Below the pieces are notes generated by a model. The model was not told where the DNA came from. It worked only from the letters and a program-made list of their open reading frames with translations, and did no database searches. Source: Candidatus Omnitrophota bacterium (lineage in GTDB: Bacteria > Omnitrophota > Gorgyraeia > Gygaellales > Profunditerraquicolaceae). Taken from it: DNA of 62,280 nucleotides. The DNA is taken from the NCBI GenBank assembly GCA_043800555.1, contig JAZDMX010000026.1:1-62280 (forward strand), read 5' to 3'. Both the position numbers and the translations under genes were made by a program. This document shows positions 44,668-58,616 of the stretch, piece after piece (positions within the stretch are counted from its first letter, which is position 1; the number at the start of each line of letters is the position of its first letter).

Positions 44668-45317
44668 TTTTTTAGCCTGTTAGTAAGCTGAGCCAAGCCA
44701 TCTTTAGTAATAACTAATTTCTTATGGGCTAAGACTTCGTAAACATTAGTATCTGAAGCTAAATTAAACCTCAAGAAATCAATATTCCTTAAAGCGAGCT
44801 TAACGTTACCGGCAGCCTTATCCAATAATAAGAGCACCCGCGATGATTTTCTATCTTTCAAGCAGTTTAATTTAAGGTTGAAGAACAACTTCGCCGCCTC
44901 TTTGGTCTTGGAGTTTTCTAACTTAAGCTCATCCAGGACTATCAAGTTTAACTCTTTTACCTTGGCATTAAGGCTGGATTTCAAAGCCAGGTTCTTGATC
45001 TTATCCGGCAAGGTGTAAGAAAAATCCCTGGGATGCGGGCCGAATACTACGCCGCCATGGCGCCATAGCGGAGAACGGGTTGAGCCTACGCGAGCCCGGC
45101 CAGTCCCTTTTTGCTTCCAAGGCTTCCTGCCGCCGCCGGATACCTCTCCCCTGGTCTTTGTCGCAGCTAACCCTTTACGCTGATTAGCCCGGTAAGCGGT
45201 AACCGCCTGATAAATAGCTTCGGAATTTATTATACCGTCAAATACGGAAGTATTCAGCTTTACGCTGTCCACTTCTTTGCCCTGCGCATTATATATAGGT
45301 AAGGTTATAGGTTCCAT
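44664..45317 (-). CDS. rplD: 50S ribosomal protein L4
   Basis: 217 aa with KGTGRARVGSTRSPLWRHGG. Confidence 0.95.
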   Translation of the reverse strand: MEPITLPIYNAQGKEVDSVKLNTSVFDGIINSEAIYQAVTAYRANQRKGLAATKTRGEVSGGGRKPWKQKGTGRARVGSTRSPLWRHGGVVFGPHPRDFSYTLPDKIKNLALKSSLNAKVKELNLIVLDELKLENSKTKEAAKLFFNLKLNCLKDRKSSRVLLLLDKAAGNVKLALRNIDFLRFNLASDTNVYEVLAHKKLVITKDGLAQLTNRLKK

Positions 45318-45319
45318 TT

Positions 45320-45976
45320 TTATTTTTTAGCCCCTTTAGCCTTAACCGGTTCTTTTTTAGGGGCGGCTTTCTTCTTTAAAGCCGTTTTAACGATAATATA
45401 GCCATTTTTAAACCCCGGTACCGCCCCCTTAATCAAGAGTATATTGTTCTCCGCGTCAATCTTTATGATCTTTAGGTTCTGGGTAGTTGCCTGTTGGGCC
45501 CCCATATGCCCGGCCATATGATGGCCTCTCCAGACTCTTCCGGGAGTCGTTGTCGAGCCGATGGAGCCAACTCGCCGGTGCGACGTTGAGCCATGGGTCA
45601 TCGGCCCGCCATGCCAATGCCAGCGCTTCATGCCCCCTTGAAAGCCCTTACCGATGGAAGTGCCCGTAACATCCACAAAATCACCTTCGGCAAATATATC
45701 CACCTTAAGGTCTTCGCCTACTTTATATTCCCTGACAGCGTCCTTTGGCAATTCTCTGATGATCTTACGGCCGGCAATGTTCAATTTCTTGAAATAACCT
45801 GCCTGCGGCTTCTTCAGGCCATTTTCCTTCGCCAGGTCAAAACCGACCTGAATGCTCTTTGCATTAACAGCCAGCACCGGGCATGGCCCGGCCTCAATAG
45901 CGGTAACATTCACTAAAGATCCGTCTTCAGCAAAAATCTGCGTCATGCCAATTTTTTTGCCTAATATCGCGTTCAT
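45320..45976 (-). CDS. rplC: 50S ribosomal protein L3
   Basis: 218 aa with [12 protein letters not shown] and [11 protein letters not shown]. Confidence 0.95.
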   Translation of the reverse strand: MNAILGKKIGMTQIFAEDGSLVNVTAIEAGPCPVLAVNAKSIQVGFDLAKENGLKKPQAGYFKKLNIAGRKIIRELPKDAVREYKVGEDLKVDIFAEGDFVDVTGTSIGKGFQGGMKRWHWHGGPMTHGSTSHRRVGSIGSTTTPGRVWRGHHMAGHMGAQQATTQNLKIIKIDAENNILLIKGAVPGFKNGYIIVKTALKKKAAPKKEPVKAKGAKK

Positions 45977-46281
45977 TTTATCTCAACATCCACCCCTGCG
46001 GGCAGGTTTAACTTCCTTAATGAGTCAATCGTCTTAGCTGTTGGTTCGAATATATCGATAAGCCTTTTATGCGTAGACAAATCGAACTGCTCGCGGGACT
46101 TTTTGTCAATAACCGGAGAACGCAAAACCGTATAGATCTCGCGTTTGGTCGGAAGCGGAACCGGGCCGGCGATTTTTGCGCCGGTCCGTTTCACTGTTTC
46201 AACAATCTCCAGGACCGCCTGGTCCAAGAGGCGATGGTCATAAGCTTTGAGTTTTATGCGTATCTTTTGTGCGACTGACAT
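45973..46281 (-). CDS. rpsJ: 30S ribosomal protein S10
   Basis: 102 aa with [15 protein letters not shown]. Confidence 0.95.
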   Translation of the reverse strand: MSVAQKIRIKLKAYDHRLLDQAVLEIVETVKRTGAKIAGPVPLPTKREIYTVLRSPVIDKKSREQFDLSTHKRLIDIFEPTAKTIDSLRKLNLPAGVDVEIK

Positions 46282-46285
46282 ATTC

Positions 46286-47491
46286 TTAAGCGATAATCTC
46301 CGTAACGACTCCTGCGCCTACGGTGTGGCCGCCTTCGCGGATAGCGAAACGCGATTCCTTTTCCATGGCGATAGGAGTAATCAAATCTACCTCTAGGTTA
46401 ACGTTGTCACCGGGCATAACCATTTCCACGCCGGTAGGAAGGGTAACATTCCCCGTAACATCGGTTGTGCGGAAATAGAACTGCGGCCTGTAACCTTTAA
46501 AGAACGGCGTATGCCTTCCGCCTTCTTCTTTAGTCAAGATATACACTTGGGCCTTAAATTTGGTGTGAGGGGTGATTGACTTAGGCGCAGCAATAACCAT
46601 ACCGCGTTCAATGTCGCTCTTTTCTACGCCCCTTAATAACAGCCCGACGTTATCTCCGGCTTGCCCTTCATCAAGAAGCTTACGGAACATTTCTATTCCG
46701 GTAACTACCGATTTCTTTACCTCCGGCCTCAAGCCTATTATTTCAACTTCTTCGCTAAGCTTAACCTTGCCGCGTTCGATTCTTCCGGTGGCAACCGTTC
46801 CTCTACCTTCAATACTGAATACGTCTTCAACCGCCATCAAAAACGGTTTATCCAGGTCTCTTACGGGTAAAGGGATAAAATCATCGCAAGCCTTGACCAA
46901 ATCTAAAATCGGCTTGCAATCAGCGCTGGCAGGGTCATTTGAGGCAGCCATAGCTTTTGAAGCGCTGCCGCGGATAATGGGAGTCTTGTCACCGGGGTAT
47001 CCGTATTTGGTAAGCAATTCCCTGACTTCCATTTCCACTAAATCCAAGAGTTCATTGTCCGTAACTAAATCTACTTTGTTTAAAAACACTACCATGGAAG
47101 GCACGTTAACCTGCCTTGCCAAAAGAATATGCTCCCTTGTCTGAGGCATAGGGCCGTCAGAGGCTGAAACTACCAGGATTGCGCCGTCCATCTGGGCTGC
47201 TCCGGTAATCATATTTTTGATGTAGTCGGCATGGCCGGGGCAGTCGATATGCGCGTAATGACGGGCATCCGACTCATACTCAACGTGAGCTACCGAAATC
47301 GTAACAACCTTTGTCTCATCTCTTACCGTGCCGCCCTTGGCGATGTCGGCATATTCCCTTGCTGTTGCCTTACCCAACTTTGCCAAGACGTTAGTGATTG
47401 CGGCGGTCAATGTTGTTTTACCGTGATCAATATGCCCGATGGTCCCGATATTTACGTGTGGCTTGCTCCTTACAAATTTCTCTTTAGCCAT
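46286..47491 (-). CDS. tuf: Elongation factor Tu
   Basis: 401 aa with [21 protein letters not shown] and NKVD. Confidence 0.97.
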   Translation of the reverse strand: MAKEKFVRSKPHVNIGTIGHIDHGKTTLTAAITNVLAKLGKATAREYADIAKGGTVRDETKVVTISVAHVEYESDARHYAHIDCPGHADYIKNMITGAAQMDGAILVVSASDGPMPQTREHILLARQVNVPSMVVFLNKVDLVTDNELLDLVEMEVRELLTKYGYPGDKTPIIRGSASKAMAASNDPASADCKPILDLVKACDDFIPLPVRDLDKPFLMAVEDVFSIEGRGTVATGRIERGKVKLSEEVEIIGLRPEVKKSVVTGIEMFRKLLDEGQAGDNVGLLLRGVEKSDIERGMVIAAPKSITPHTKFKAQVYILTKEEGGRHTPFFKGYRPQFYFRTTDVTGNVTLPTGVEMVMPGDNVNLEVDLITPIAMEKESRFAIREGGHTVGAGVVTEIIA

Positions 47492-47573
47492 ATCTCCTCC
47501 TTCGATTCGCTTGGCTTGCTTATTGAGTGTTTCGAAACGAAACGCTCAAGCGTAAACCAAAGCGCCATTGTTT

Positions 47574-49679
47574 TTAACGCAAGCTTCTTCTCGTTGAACC
47601 GCCGCTAGCTGCAAAACCAGTAACAATCTTTTCCGCTATATGAGCAGGCACTTCGCTGTAAAACGAAGGCTCCATTGTATAGGATGCGCGGCCTTGTGTC
47701 AAGGATCTTATTATGGTAGCGTAATTAAAAACTTCGGCCAACGGAATGTTTGCCCTGATGGTGCGCAAGTTAAGCCGCTGGGCTAACGAAATTATTTTTG
47801 CCCGACGGGAACTTAGGTCCCCAATAACCTGCCCCATGAATTCTTCCGGGACGATTACCTCCATGTCCATAATCGGCTCCAACAAAACCGGGCGCCCATT
47901 TTTTAATCCGTCATTAAACGCCAGGGAGCCCGCCATCTGAAACGCCAATTCCGAAGAATCAACCTCATGGAAAGACCCGTCAACCAAAACTACGTGCACG
48001 TCGGTAACCGGATATCCCGCCAAAACCCCTGACTTGGCTGCGCCAAATACTCCTTGCTTGACCGCAGGTATATATTCCCGCGGGATAGCTCCGCTTTTAA
48101 TTTTATCTTCAAAGGTAACGCCGGTCCCGGGGGTTTCCTGGGGAGACATTTCAATGACACAGTGGCCGTATTGGCCGCGGCCGCCGGATTGAGATATGAA
48201 TTTCCCGACAGACCTGACTTTCTTAGTTAAAGTCTCCCGGTAGGCAACCTGAGGCTGGCCTACCTGGGCCGCCACATTAAACTCGCGTAAAATCCTATCG
48301 ATTATAATTTCCAAATGCAATTGCCCCATGCCGGCAATAAGGGTCTGTCCGGTTTCTTGATTATAGGTGACGCGGAAAGACGGGTCTTCATCTTCAAGTT
48401 TATGCAAAGCCAAACCCAATTTTTCCTGGGCGTCTTTCGACGTAGGCTCAATTGCCTGCTGGATAACCGGTTCAGGAAAACGCATTGCTTCGATAAGTAT
48501 CTGGTTATTCTCGGTGCAAAGCGTGTCCCCGGTCTTGGTGTCCTTTAACCCCACCGCGGCGGCAATCTCCCCGCAAGTAACAGTATCCACAACTTCCTGG
48601 CGGTTAGCGTGCATCTTGACAATCTTAGTAACCCTCTCGCGCTCCCTTTTGGAAGCGTTATATATATAGGAACCGGAAGCCAAAACCCCGGAATAGACCC
48701 GGATGTAATTAATCTTACCGACATAAGGATCGGTAGCTACTTTGAAACATAGCGCGCAAAAAGGGGATTTTTCCGAAGCCTTTATCTCTTCAAATTCTCC
48801 CGTCTCGGGGTTTGTGCCTTTAATCGGGGGTAAATCAACCGGCGAAGGCAAGTAGTCTTTAACCGCATCCAATACCAGCTGCACGCCCTTATTCTTAAAG
48901 GAAGAACCGCAGAAAACCGGGACAAATTTATTGGCAATGACGCTTTTCCTGATCGCCGCCTTTAACCCGGCGACAGGGATTTCTTTGCCGTGTAAATAAT
49001 CTTCCATAATCGAATCGTCTACCTCGGCGATCCTCTCCAGCATGATTGTCCGGTATTTTTCTGCTTCCGGCATTACTTCCGCGGGGATCTGGCGGGTCTC
49101 AATATCTTTGCCCAAATCATCTTTGTAGTAAATTAGTTTTTTCTCGACCAAATCAATAATGCCTTTAAAATCCGCGTCCTTGCCATAAGGCAGCTGAACG
49201 GCAGCGGCGTTAGCCCCTAACCTCTTATGCATCTGGTCTATGGTCTCAATGAAATTAGACCCGACCCTGTCCATCTTATTTACAAAGGCAATCCTCGGGA
49301 CGCCATAGCGGTCTGCCTGGCGCCAAACCGTTTCGGATTGCGGCTCAACTCCGCCTACGCCGCAGAAAACTACTACTGCGCCATCCAAAACTTTTAGAGA
49401 CCTCTCTACTTCAATCGTAAAATCAACATGCCCGGGAGTATCGATCAAGTTAATATGTATGTCTTTCCAAATGCAGGTGGTCGCAGCCGAAGTAATGGTA
49501 ATGCCTCTTTCCTGCTCCTGCACCATCCAATCCATGGTCGCTGTGCCATCATGGACCTCGCCAAGCTTATAATTTCTACCGGTATAGAAAAGCACACGCT
49601 CACTGGTAGTGGTCTTGCCGGCGTCAATGTGCGCGATGATCCCGATGTTCCTTATTTTATCTAAAGGTATCTTTTCCAT
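47574..49679 (-). CDS. fusA: Elongation factor G
   Basis: 701 aa with [23 protein letters not shown] and NKMDR. Confidence 0.97.
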   Translation of the reverse strand: MEKIPLDKIRNIGIIAHIDAGKTTTSERVLFYTGRNYKLGEVHDGTATMDWMVQEQERGITITSAATTCIWKDIHINLIDTPGHVDFTIEVERSLKVLDGAVVVFCGVGGVEPQSETVWRQADRYGVPRIAFVNKMDRVGSNFIETIDQMHKRLGANAAAVQLPYGKDADFKGIIDLVEKKLIYYKDDLGKDIETRQIPAEVMPEAEKYRTIMLERIAEVDDSIMEDYLHGKEIPVAGLKAAIRKSVIANKFVPVFCGSSFKNKGVQLVLDAVKDYLPSPVDLPPIKGTNPETGEFEEIKASEKSPFCALCFKVATDPYVGKINYIRVYSGVLASGSYIYNASKRERERVTKIVKMHANRQEVVDTVTCGEIAAAVGLKDTKTGDTLCTENNQILIEAMRFPEPVIQQAIEPTSKDAQEKLGLALHKLEDEDPSFRVTYNQETGQTLIAGMGQLHLEIIIDRILREFNVAAQVGQPQVAYRETLTKKVRSVGKFISQSGGRGQYGHCVIEMSPQETPGTGVTFEDKIKSGAIPREYIPAVKQGVFGAAKSGVLAGYPVTDVHVVLVDGSFHEVDSSELAFQMAGSLAFNDGLKNGRPVLLEPIMDMEVIVPEEFMGQVIGDLSSRRAKIISLAQRLNLRTIRANIPLAEVFNYATIIRSLTQGRASYTMEPSFYSEVPAHIAEKIVTGFAASGGSTRRSLR

Positions 49680-49750
49680 ATTTTTCCTGCGTAATTACCT
49701 GCTCAAGCAAAAAGGCTTACATAACCCCAAGCCCTAGCTTAACCGCTTGC

Positions 49751-50221
49751 TTACCACCTAAAGTGGGCGAACGCTTTATTCGACTCAGCCATCTTGTGCG
49801 TATCGTCCCTCTTTTTTATAACCGAGCCTTCTCCCTTATAAACCGCGATAATCTCCTCCGCCAGTTTCTGGTCCATGGGCTTGCCTTTTTTATTCTGGGC
49901 GAAATCCCTTATCCAGCGAAGGGCGATTGAAGTGCCTCTTTCCTGGCGCACTTCGATTGGGACCTGATAAGTAGCGCCCCCGACTCTCCGCGGCTTTACC
50001 TCTAAGCGGGGCCGGGCATTATCCAATGCCTTGTAAAAGACTTTCAGGATATCCTGTTCATTAAGGTTCTTTTTGACGATCTCAAAAGCGCCATAAACTA
50101 TCTTTTCGGCAGTTGCTTTTTTCCCTTTGAGCATAACCATGTTTACGAATTTCGCCACGATCTTACTGTTAAGTTTCGGGTCTGCCAACACTACTTTTTC
50201 CTGGGCTTTTCTTCTTCTCAT
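49751..50221 (-). CDS. rpsG: 30S ribosomal protein S7
   Basis: 156 aa with a C-terminal AFAHFRW. Confidence 0.95.
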   Translation of the reverse strand: MRRRKAQEKVVLADPKLNSKIVAKFVNMVMLKGKKATAEKIVYGAFEIVKKNLNEQDILKVFYKALDNARPRLEVKPRRVGGATYQVPIEVRQERGTSIALRWIRDFAQNKKGKPMDQKLAEEIIAVYKGEGSVIKKRDDTHKMAESNKAFAHFRW

Positions 50222-50266
50222 TTTTCTATCCTTTATTTACCATGAGCTATGGCGCTAAAAACTAAC

Positions 50267-50638
50267 TTACTTCGGCTTTTTTGCCCCGTATTTTGAACGC
50301 CCTCTCCTTCTCTGATTAACCCCGGCGGAATCCAATGTGCCTCTCACAATATGATACCTTACTCCGGGCAGATCCTTAACGCGGCCCCCCCTGACTAAAA
50401 CTATTGAATGCTCCTGCAGGTTATGCCCTTCCCCGGGAATATAAGCAGTTACTTCGATGCCGGTGGTAAGCCTGACCCTGGCTACTTTACGCAAGGCAGA
50501 ATTAGGTTTCTTGGGAGTCATGGTACGCACCTGCAAACAAACCCCGCGGCGTTGAGGGCAGCCCTTTAAAGCGGGCGACTTACTCTTTTTATTTTTCGAT
50601 ACTCTGCTAAGCCTGATTAACTGCGAAATTGTTGGCAT
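50267..50638 (-). CDS. rpsL: 30S ribosomal protein S12
   Basis: 123 aa starting MPTISQLIR, with [10 protein letters not shown]. Confidence 0.95.
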   Translation of the reverse strand: MPTISQLIRLSRVSKNKKSKSPALKGCPQRRGVCLQVRTMTPKKPNSALRKVARVRLTTGIEVTAYIPGEGHNLQEHSIVLVRGGRVKDLPGVRYHIVRGTLDSAGVNQRRRGRSKYGAKKPK

Positions 50639-50642
50639 ATGC

Positions 50643-53600
50643 TTACTCTTTCTCCTCTTTGGGCGTCTTTACAACTTCTATATCGCGATGGTCGCGAAAA
50701 CCTGTTCCGGCCGGGATAAGATGCCCCACGATGACATTTTCTTTTAAACCGAATAACTCGTCATGCTTGCCGCTTGTAGCGGCTTCCGTAAGCACGCGGG
50801 TTGTTTCTTGAAAGCTAGCCGCCGAAATAAAACTCTCGGTAGTTAAAGATGCCTTGGTAATACCCAATAAAAGCGGGGTAGCCACCGCGGGTTTCCCGCC
50901 CTTTTTAATTACCTTGGAATTCTCTTTCTGGAATACCCATTTGTCTACCTGTTGTGTCGCCAGGAATTCGGTATCGCCAGAATCTTCCACGCGCACCTTC
51001 TTGAGCATCTGGCGGATAATCAATTCAATATGCTTGTCATTTATGCGCACTCCCTGAAGGCGGTAAACTTCCTGCACTTCATTAACCAAATATTCCTGCA
51101 GGACTTTATCCCCGCAAACGCGCAAAATATCCTGCAAGACCACCGGGCCGTCGGTTAACTGCTGCCCGGCCTCCACCCTGTCCCCTTTATAAACATTAGG
51201 ATGTTTTCCGTGCGGGATGACATATTCTCTCTGCATCCCGGTCGTTGACTTAACGATAATGACGCGCTGCCCTTTTTTAGTTTCGCCGAACTCGACAAAA
51301 CCGTCAATTTCGCTGATAATAGCCGGGTCCTTAGGCCGCCTGGCCTCGAACAATTCGGCCACCCGCGGAAGCCCGCCGGTGATATCCCTGGTCTTGACTA
51401 CCATGCGGGGTATCTTTGCCAAAAGATCTCCGCCGTCAATACGCTGCCCGTCCTTAACCATGATATGCGCCCCGATAGGAATAGGATAAATCCCGGAGAT
51501 CTCTTTGGCCTCATCCAAAATAACAATCTGGGGATGATATTCCTGCTTGTGCTCAACCACAACACGTTCGGTAAGTTTAGTTACGGGGTTAAGCTCTTCT
51601 TTGACCGAAACATCTTCTTTCAAATCTTCGTATTTTACGGTCCCGGAAACTTCGGTTAAAACCGGCAAGGTATAAGGGTCCCAATGGATAAAAGCCACAT
51701 CCTTGGCCACTTCTCCTGCGTCGGCGATATTGATAAATGCGCCCTGGGGGACAGAAAAACGCTCTAATTCCCTGCCCTGCTTATCATTAATGCTCAAGAA
51801 ACCGTTCCTGTTCAAAACAATGAATTCTTTATTCTTGGAAACTACCCTTAAATTATGGTATTTTAATACGCCCTTATTTTTGGACTTGATAAACGACTGT
51901 TCTACCTTCCTGGACGCGGTCCCGCCTATGTGGAAAGTCCTCATGGTAAGCTGCGTGCCGGGTTCACCGATGCTCTGGGCGGCTACCACTCCTACCGCCT
52001 CACCCAGCTCAGCCATCCTTCCGGTAGCCAAGTTTCTTCCGTAGCACTTAGTGCAAACTCCCCTTCCGGATTCACAAGTCAAAACACTGCGGATACGGAT
52101 CTTTTCAATCCCTAATCTTTCGATCATATCGGCTTTTTCTTCCGGAATATCTTCTCCGGCCGCTACAATTACCTCATCCGTAATGATATCGACGATATTA
52201 TCTAAGGCAACCCGGCCCACTATACGGTCCTTGAGCGAAACAACCTCTTCATCTCCTTCGATAATCGCAGAAACCGTAATACCGTTAAGCGTCCCGCAGT
52301 CATTTTCGGCGACGATTACTTCCTGGGCCACATCAACCAGCCGGCGCGTCAGGTAACCTGCATCCGCTGTCTTAAGCGCGGTATCCGCCAAACCCTTGCG
52401 GGCGCCGTGGGTAGAGATAAAATACTCCAAAACATTCAAGCCTTCCCTAAAATTGGCCGTAATAGGGCTCTCAATGATTTCACCTGAGGGCTTAGCCATA
52501 AGCCCGCGCATGCCGGCCAACTGCCGGATCTGCAAACGCGAACCCCTTGCCCCCGAATCCGCCATCATAAATATTGGGTTAAAGGCATCCATGCCTTTAA
52601 ACAATAAATCTGAAACTTCATCAGTAGTGTGGGTCCAGATATCGATAATCTTGGATTTACGTTCGCTGTCGGTAATTACGCCGCGGCGATACTGCTCTTC
52701 CACCTTGGCAACCTTCTCCCTGGAATCTTTCAAAACTCCCTGTTTCTCCTGGGGGACCTGGAGATCATCTATCCCGATAGAGATACCGCCAAGCGTTCCA
52801 TTCTCAAAACCCAGCTTTTTAATATCATCAAGAAGGTTGATTAACGCGGCGTGGCCGAACCTCTTATAACAATCAACCACGATATCTCCAACCTTGCTTT
52901 TATTTAATTCCTCGTTTACAAAACCAAACCCCTTAGGAAGGATTTGGTTAAACAAAGCCCTGCCGGCGGTCGTTTCAATAATCCGCCTTCCGTCCATAAA
53001 TTTCTTTTCATCAAAATCGAAGGCGTTATCGACCCTTAATTTGATCTTGGCGTGTAAGTCAACAACTTTGTCTTCATTAGCGATAATAACTTCATCGCTA
53101 TTGGCAAAGCTCATACCCTCGCCTTTTGCGCCGGGCTTTTCTTTAGTCAAATAATAAACTCCCAAGATTATATCCTGGGTAGGAGTTATGATCGGCCGGC
53201 CGTCAGCGGGAGAAAATACGTTATTGATGGCCAACATCAGGATCTTGGCCTCTAATTGCGATTCCAAAGAAAGCGGGACATGAACAGCCATCTGGTCGCC
53301 GTCAAAATCGGCGTTAAAAGCAGTGCAAACCAATGGGTGAATTTTTATGGATTTGCCTTCGATTAGAAGAGGCTGGAACGCCTGGATACCCAAACGGTGC
53401 AGGGTAGGAGCGCGATTCAATAATACCGGATGGTCTTTAATAACTTCATCTAATATGTCCCAAACTTCGATTTTCCCGCGTTCGACCATGCGCCGGGCGC
53501 CTTTAATGGTATGGACAAAACCCTTTTCCCTCAGCTTCTTGATTATAAAAGGCTCAAATAATTCCAGGGCCATCTGCTTAGGCAAACCGCACTCATGGAG

Positions 53601-54656
53601 CCTTAATTCGGGCCCGACAACGATAACTGAACGTCCGGAATAATCTACGCGCTTACCCAAAAGATTCTGCCTGAAACGCCCCTGCTTGCCTTTGAGCATA
53701 TCGGAAAGGCTCTTTAACGGACGGTTATTGGCCCCCATCACAGCCTTGCCATGCCTTCCGTTATCTAAAAGCGCGTCCACCGCCTCCTGAAGCATGCGTT
53801 TTTCGTTACGTATGATAATTTCAGGAGCATTTAACTCCATCAACTTCTTTAACCGGTTGTTCCTGTTGATGACCCTCCGGTATAAGTCGTTAAGGTCGGA
53901 GGTTGCGAACCTGCCGCCATCTAGCGGGACCAACGGCCTTAAATCCGGAGGAATAACGGGGAGAATCTCTAAAATCATCCAATCCGGGCTATTCCCGGAT
54001 TTCTTAAAGTCCTCGACAATCCTTAAACTCTTTAACCCTTTACGGTTGTTTAAGGCGTCTTTTGATTTATCCAGGTCGCGGCGTAATTTACGGCATTGAG
54101 CGTCCAAATCAAGTTCTTTCAAAAGGTCTTTAACCGCCTCGGCCCCGATTTTTGCCTTGAAATTAGCGCCGTATTTAGCTAAAGCTTCCCGGTACTTCTC
54201 TTCGCTTAAAAGTTCTTTCTTTTTTAAAGGAGTAGTGCCCGGGTCAATAACCACATACTCCTCATAATAAATTATTTTCTCCAGGTCCCTTAAGCCTATG
54301 TCCAATAACGCGGACATACGGGAGGGGACTGCCTTAAAAAACCAAATATGGGTAACCGGGGCAGCTAATTCAATATGCCCCATACGCTCCCGCCGGACGC
54401 TGGAGCGCTCAACCGTAACCTGGCAACGGTCGCAGGTTATGCCTTTAAACTTAATGCCTTTATATTTACCGCAGTTACATTCCCAGTCGCGCACCGGGCC
54501 AAAAATCTTTTCGCAGAACAAACCGTCTTTTTCCGGCTTCAGCGTGCGGTAATTAATAGTCTCGGCTTTCTTGACCTCGCCCTTGGACCATGATTTTATT
54601 ATCTGAGGAGAAGCTATTTTAATCGAAATATTATCAAAAGAAACTATCTCTTCCAT
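50643..54656 (-). CDS. rpoC: DNA-directed RNA polymerase beta' subunit
   Basis: 1337 aa with the zinc site CNCGKY...CDRC and the catalytic NADFDGDQM. Confidence 0.97.
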   Translation of the reverse strand: MEEIVSFDNISIKIASPQIIKSWSKGEVKKAETINYRTLKPEKDGLFCEKIFGPVRDWECNCGKYKGIKFKGITCDRCQVTVERSSVRRERMGHIELAAPVTHIWFFKAVPSRMSALLDIGLRDLEKIIYYEEYVVIDPGTTPLKKKELLSEEKYREALAKYGANFKAKIGAEAVKDLLKELDLDAQCRKLRRDLDKSKDALNNRKGLKSLRIVEDFKKSGNSPDWMILEILPVIPPDLRPLVPLDGGRFATSDLNDLYRRVINRNNRLKKLMELNAPEIIIRNEKRMLQEAVDALLDNGRHGKAVMGANNRPLKSLSDMLKGKQGRFRQNLLGKRVDYSGRSVIVVGPELRLHECGLPKQMALELFEPFIIKKLREKGFVHTIKGARRMVERGKIEVWDILDEVIKDHPVLLNRAPTLHRLGIQAFQPLLIEGKSIKIHPLVCTAFNADFDGDQMAVHVPLSLESQLEAKILMLAINNVFSPADGRPIITPTQDIILGVYYLTKEKPGAKGEGMSFANSDEVIIANEDKVVDLHAKIKLRVDNAFDFDEKKFMDGRRIIETTAGRALFNQILPKGFGFVNEELNKSKVGDIVVDCYKRFGHAALINLLDDIKKLGFENGTLGGISIGIDDLQVPQEKQGVLKDSREKVAKVEEQYRRGVITDSERKSKIIDIWTHTTDEVSDLLFKGMDAFNPIFMMADSGARGSRLQIRQLAGMRGLMAKPSGEIIESPITANFREGLNVLEYFISTHGARKGLADTALKTADAGYLTRRLVDVAQEVIVAENDCGTLNGITVSAIIEGDEEVVSLKDRIVGRVALDNIVDIITDEVIVAAGEDIPEEKADMIERLGIEKIRIRSVLTCESGRGVCTKCYGRNLATGRMAELGEAVGVVAAQSIGEPGTQLTMRTFHIGGTASRKVEQSFIKSKNKGVLKYHNLRVVSKNKEFIVLNRNGFLSINDKQGRELERFSVPQGAFINIADAGEVAKDVAFIHWDPYTLPVLTEVSGTVKYEDLKEDVSVKEELNPVTKLTERVVVEHKQEYHPQIVILDEAKEISGIYPIPIGAHIMVKDGQRIDGGDLLAKIPRMVVKTRDITGGLPRVAELFEARRPKDPAIISEIDGFVEFGETKKGQRVIIVKSTTGMQREYVIPHGKHPNVYKGDRVEAGQQLTDGPVVLQDILRVCGDKVLQEYLVNEVQEVYRLQGVRINDKHIELIIRQMLKKVRVEDSGDTEFLATQQVDKWVFQKENSKVIKKGGKPAVATPLLLGITKASLTTESFISAASFQETTRVLTEAATSGKHDELFGLKENVIVGHLIPAGTGFRDHRDIEVVKTPKEEKE

Positions 54657-57600
54657 TATTTCGCCTTTTCTGTCCGGATGTCCAGACCTAAACCCTGAAG
54701 CTCCTTAATCAAAACATTAAATGACTCCGGCGTGCCATGAGTCAAACGTTGTTCTCCCTTAACAATGGCCTCGTAAATCCTGGTCCTGCCTGAAACATCG
54801 TCGCTTTTTACGGTAAGCATTTCTTGCAAGGTGAAAGCCGCGCCATAGGCCTCCAAGGCCCAAACTTCCATTTCTCCCAGCCTCTGGCCTCCAAATTGGG
54901 CTTTACCTCCCAATGGCTGTTGGGTAACCAAGGAATAGGGGCCGATTGAACGCGCGTGGATTTTTTCATCAACCAAATGTATAAGTTTCATCACATACAT
55001 ATAGCCTATTGTAACCCTATGGTCAAAAGGTTCCCCGCTGTAACCATCATATAGTTGGATCTTCCCGTCTTCGGGAAGGCCGGCCTTTTTAAGCATATCT
55101 TTAATTTCTTTTTCGGTAGCGCCGTCAAAAACCGGGGTGCCAACATAAAGGCCCAGGCTCTTAGCCGCCCAACCTAAGTGGCATTCCAGGATCTGTCCGA
55201 CGTTCATACGGCTAGGCACGCCTAAGGGATTTAAAACCACTTCCACGGGAGTGCCATCAGGTAAATACGGCATGTCTTCTTCCGGCATGATCCTGGCAAC
55301 CACGCCCTTATTCCCGTGACGGCCGGCTAACTTATCCCCTTCGGCAAGCCTGCGTTTTGTAGCTATATAAACCACGACCCTCTTGAGGACTCCGGCGGGA
55401 AGCTCATCGCCGCGCCTTACCTTTTCAATCTCCTGTTCCTGCTCAGAAAGCAACTCCTGAATCTGTTCATCAAAAGAAGCGGCCAAAATCTTTGCCTCTT
55501 CATTATCGTTAAAATCGCATTTCTCCACTTTCTTTTTGTCTATGCCTAAAAGCTGGGCTAAACGGGCGGCCCTTTCGGTTTCCACAAACTCAATTTCCTG
55601 CTTGTAATAAGCTTTTAATTCCCGGATCTTGGCCAATTCTTTGGATTTTTCTTCTTTGGATTTCCTGCCGCGGTCCTTCCGGGAGAAAACATGCACGTCG
55701 ATAACTACGCCCTGCACGCCCGGAGGGACGATTAAAGAAGTATCGCGCACATCTCCGGCTTTTTCGCCGAATATCGCCCTTAAAAGCCTTTCTTCCGGAG
55801 AAGGTTCGGAATCGGTCTTGGGGGTAATCTTTCCGACTAATATATCTCCGGGAGCAACTTCTGCCCCGATGCGGATAATGCCATCCTCGTCCAAATTAGC
55901 CAAAGCCTCTTCGCTAACATTGGGAATATCACGGGTGACTTCCTCGTTTCCCAGGCGGGTTTCGGTAGCTTCGATTTCAAACTCTTCGATATGTATAGAG
56001 GTAAACGCGTCTTCCTTAACCAGCTTCTCGCTGATTAGAATGGCGTCTTCAAAGTTAAACCCGCGCCACGGCATAAACGCGACCAGGACATTCTTGCCTA
56101 AGGCAAGCTCTGCGCCTTTGGTGGCAATACCGTCGGCAATCACATCTCCCTGCTCAACTTTATCGCCAAGGTTGACGATCGGCCGCTGGTTTAAACAAGT
56201 ATCGTTATTGGTGCGTAAGAATTTCTTTAAATGATAAATTTTCTTTCCCACGGTGATAGAAGAGGCGTCGATGCTGGTGACCTTACCCGACTCCTCCGAC
56301 ACAAGCACCGTGCCGGAATCGCGCGCAACTTTTTCCTCCATCATGGTCCCGACTAAAGGCGGTTCCGTAATCATCAAAGGCACGCCCTGCCTCTGCATAT
56401 TTGACCCCATAAGCGCCCTGTTTGCGTCATCATGCTCCAAGAAAGGGATCAAAGACGCGGCGACAGAGACCAATTGCTTGGGAGAAACATCCATATATTG
56501 GACCTGTTTTGCCGCCACCTTGGGAAAATCATTTTTATAACGGCAGGAGACTTCTTTTTCGACAAAATAGCCGTTTTCGTCCAACGGGACGTTTGCCTGC
56601 GCGATGATCATATCTTCTTCGATATCGGCAGTTAAGTAATCTATCTTCTTGCTGACCCTGCCATCATCAACCTTGCGGTAAGGCGTTTCGATCAACCCCA
56701 GATAATTTATCCGGGCAAACGTGCTTAGAGAAGCAATCAAGCCGATGTTAGGGCCTTCGGGAGTTTCAATCGGGCAGACCCGGCCATAGTGAGAAGGGTG
56801 TATGTCTCTTACTTCAAATCCTGCGCGCTCACGGGAGAGCCCACCCGGGCCTAAAGCGCTCAAGCGCCTCTTATGAGTCATCTCCGCCAAAGGATTGATC
56901 TGGTCCATAAACTGGGATAGCTGGCTGCGCCCGAAGAAATCGCGGATCTGGTTGGACAATAATTTGGAGTTAATCAGGTAATGCACGTTGATATTGTCAA
57001 ACTCGCTCAATATACTTAATCTTTCGCGGATGGACCGCTCCACGCGCGATAACCCTATGCGCAGTTGGTTCTGCACTAATTCTCCTACGGTCTTAACCCT
57101 GCGGTTGCCTAAATGATCGATATCGTCGATTTTGCCGATCCCGCTTTTTAAATTAATCAAATACTCTATGACCTTGACTACGGTATCGGAATCGAGTATC
57201 CGCTTATCAAGGGAAACATCCATTCCCAATTTTCTATTCAAGATAAATCTTCCCGCCCTCTCCAGGTCATAGCGGGCCGGGTCAAAAAACAGCCTGTAGA
57301 ATAAAGCCTCTGCCGCCTCTTTGGTCACCGGCTCGGTCGGCCTCATTTTACGGTAAAAATCCATATAGGCTTCTTCTTTATTCTTAGTGTAATCTTTTTT
57401 TAACGTATTGACGATTTCCGGGTAATCTTTGCCAAAGCTGGCGATTATGTCTTTATCTTCGGAGAAACCGAGAATCCTTAAAATCTGGGTTGCGGGGAAA
57501 TTCCTGCGGCGGTCAACATAGGCTAAGATTGTTTCGGTCAGGTCGTATTTAAATTCAAGCCAGGCGCCTCTATAAGGAATGATCCGGCCGTGGAATATCT

Positions 57601-58060
57601 TTTTGCCGGTGGGATGTAATTCTTCTTCAAACGAAACTCCCGGAGAACGCTGCAATTGGCTCACCACTACGCGCTCGTCTCCGTTAATAATAAAAGTGCC
57701 GGTTTCGGTCATTAAAGGTATTTCGCCGAAATAAGCATCCTTTTCTTTGGTTTCTTTGGGAGTAGTCAGGCGGAACTTTACCTTTAAGGGGAGGGCGTAT
57801 GAAAGGCTCCTTGTTTTAGATTCAGCCAGATTGTATTTTGGCTTACCCAATGAATAGCTTATAAATTCCAGCTTTACGGAGCGGTTCGGGCTTTCAATGG
57901 GAAAAATCTCTTCAAAAACCTCTTGCAGCCCCTGATGCTTTCTCTCGTTTTGCTTGGCGCCAAGCTGTAAAAACTCGTTATACGCCTCAAGCTGAACGTC
58001 CAAAAGATTAGGTATGTTATATACTTCTTTAATCTTAGCAAAGCTTTTTCTTTTAATCAT
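54656..58060 (-). CDS. rpoB: DNA-directed RNA polymerase beta subunit
   Basis: 1134 aa from [23 protein letters not shown], a canonical N-terminus. I reject the 29-codon upstream extension in the track ORF. Confidence 0.95.
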   Translation of the reverse strand: MIKRKSFAKIKEVYNIPNLLDVQLEAYNEFLQLGAKQNERKHQGLQEVFEEIFPIESPNRSVKLEFISYSLGKPKYNLAESKTRSLSYALPLKVKFRLTTPKETKEKDAYFGEIPLMTETGTFIINGDERVVVSQLQRSPGVSFEEELHPTGKKIFHGRIIPYRGAWLEFKYDLTETILAYVDRRRNFPATQILRILGFSEDKDIIASFGKDYPEIVNTLKKDYTKNKEEAYMDFYRKMRPTEPVTKEAAEALFYRLFFDPARYDLERAGRFILNRKLGMDVSLDKRILDSDTVVKVIEYLINLKSGIGKIDDIDHLGNRRVKTVGELVQNQLRIGLSRVERSIRERLSILSEFDNINVHYLINSKLLSNQIRDFFGRSQLSQFMDQINPLAEMTHKRRLSALGPGGLSRERAGFEVRDIHPSHYGRVCPIETPEGPNIGLIASLSTFARINYLGLIETPYRKVDDGRVSKKIDYLTADIEEDMIIAQANVPLDENGYFVEKEVSCRYKNDFPKVAAKQVQYMDVSPKQLVSVAASLIPFLEHDDANRALMGSNMQRQGVPLMITEPPLVGTMMEEKVARDSGTVLVSEESGKVTSIDASSITVGKKIYHLKKFLRTNNDTCLNQRPIVNLGDKVEQGDVIADGIATKGAELALGKNVLVAFMPWRGFNFEDAILISEKLVKEDAFTSIHIEEFEIEATETRLGNEEVTRDIPNVSEEALANLDEDGIIRIGAEVAPGDILVGKITPKTDSEPSPEERLLRAIFGEKAGDVRDTSLIVPPGVQGVVIDVHVFSRKDRGRKSKEEKSKELAKIRELKAYYKQEIEFVETERAARLAQLLGIDKKKVEKCDFNDNEEAKILAASFDEQIQELLSEQEQEIEKVRRGDELPAGVLKRVVVYIATKRRLAEGDKLAGRHGNKGVVARIMPEEDMPYLPDGTPVEVVLNPLGVPSRMNVGQILECHLGWAAKSLGLYVGTPVFDGATEKEIKDMLKKAGLPEDGKIQLYDGYSGEPFDHRVTIGYMYVMKLIHLVDEKIHARSIGPYSLVTQQPLGGKAQFGGQRLGEMEVWALEAYGAAFTLQEMLTVKSDDVSGRTRIYEAIVKGEQRLTHGTPESFNVLIKELQGLGLDIRTEKAK

Positions 58061-58183
58061 TTTCTCTCGCGTTCTAAGAGCCCCATTTTGCAGGAGCCCC
58101 CGTTTCCAACACTTAATTTGCGGCGGGAGAACTCCCCCAAGGGGCAAGCCCCCCCTTTTTTTGCTGGATTGGATAGGGATTTA

Positions 58184-58570
58184 TTATTTAAGCTCGACGG
58201 TGGCGCCGGCAGCTTCAAGCTTCTTCTTTATTTCTTCGGCTTCTTCTTTGGTCGCGCCTTCTTTAACCGGTTTAGGGGCGCCATCAACTAAATCTTTGGC
58301 TTCTTTTAAACCAAGATTGGTAATAGTACGGACCTCTTTAATAACCGCGATTTTGTTTGCGCCTGTGCTTGCCAAAACTACCGTAAAGCTAGACTTCTCT
58401 TCTGCTTGCGGCGCACCTGCGCCTGCTCCAGCCGCAGCGGGGCCAGCTGATACCGGCATATTTGCCTTGACCCCGAATTTTTCCTCAAGGGCCTTTACTA
58501 AATCCGATAACTCCAGCACCGTCATGGACTCTATCGATTTAATCATCTCGTCTAAATTTGCGTTTGCCAT
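58184..58570 (-). CDS. rplL: 50S ribosomal protein L7/L12
   Basis: 128 aa with an Ala/Gly hinge and a C-terminal GATVELK. Confidence 0.95.
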   Translation of the reverse strand: MANANLDEMIKSIESMTVLELSDLVKALEEKFGVKANMPVSAGPAAAGAGAGAPQAEEKSSFTVVLASTGANKIAVIKEVRTITNLGLKEAKDLVDGAPKPVKEGATKEEAEEIKKKLEAAGATVELK

Positions 58571-58616
58571 TTCATTCCTCCTTTTAATCGTCTAATAGGG
58601 GCGCTTTTGTCCCAAC

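Noticed and set aside
42710-49710. Identical 13-mer CCTGCTCAAGCAA in the rplV-rpsC spacer (42710-42722) and upstream of fusA (49698-49710), a possible shared regulatory box
   Set aside because: A rough expectation for chance 13-mer matches in about 62 kb on both strands is tens of pairs. Spacing to the start codons differs and the flanks do not align.
58061-58183. rplL-rpoB attenuator/terminator in the G/C-rich intergenic region
   Set aside because: Small hairpins exist (GGGG-CTTG-CCCC, GGGAG..CTCCC). The only hairpin followed by a T-tract reads as a terminator on the plus strand, which is the wrong strand, so I make no terminator call.
46572-58595. Long plus-strand ORFs antisense to tuf, fusA, rpoC, rpoB and rplL (for example 46572-47144, 55629-56234, 58014-58595)
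   Set aside because: These are antisense shadows of highly conserved genes. Their translations are Ser/Pro/Leu-rich with no motifs.
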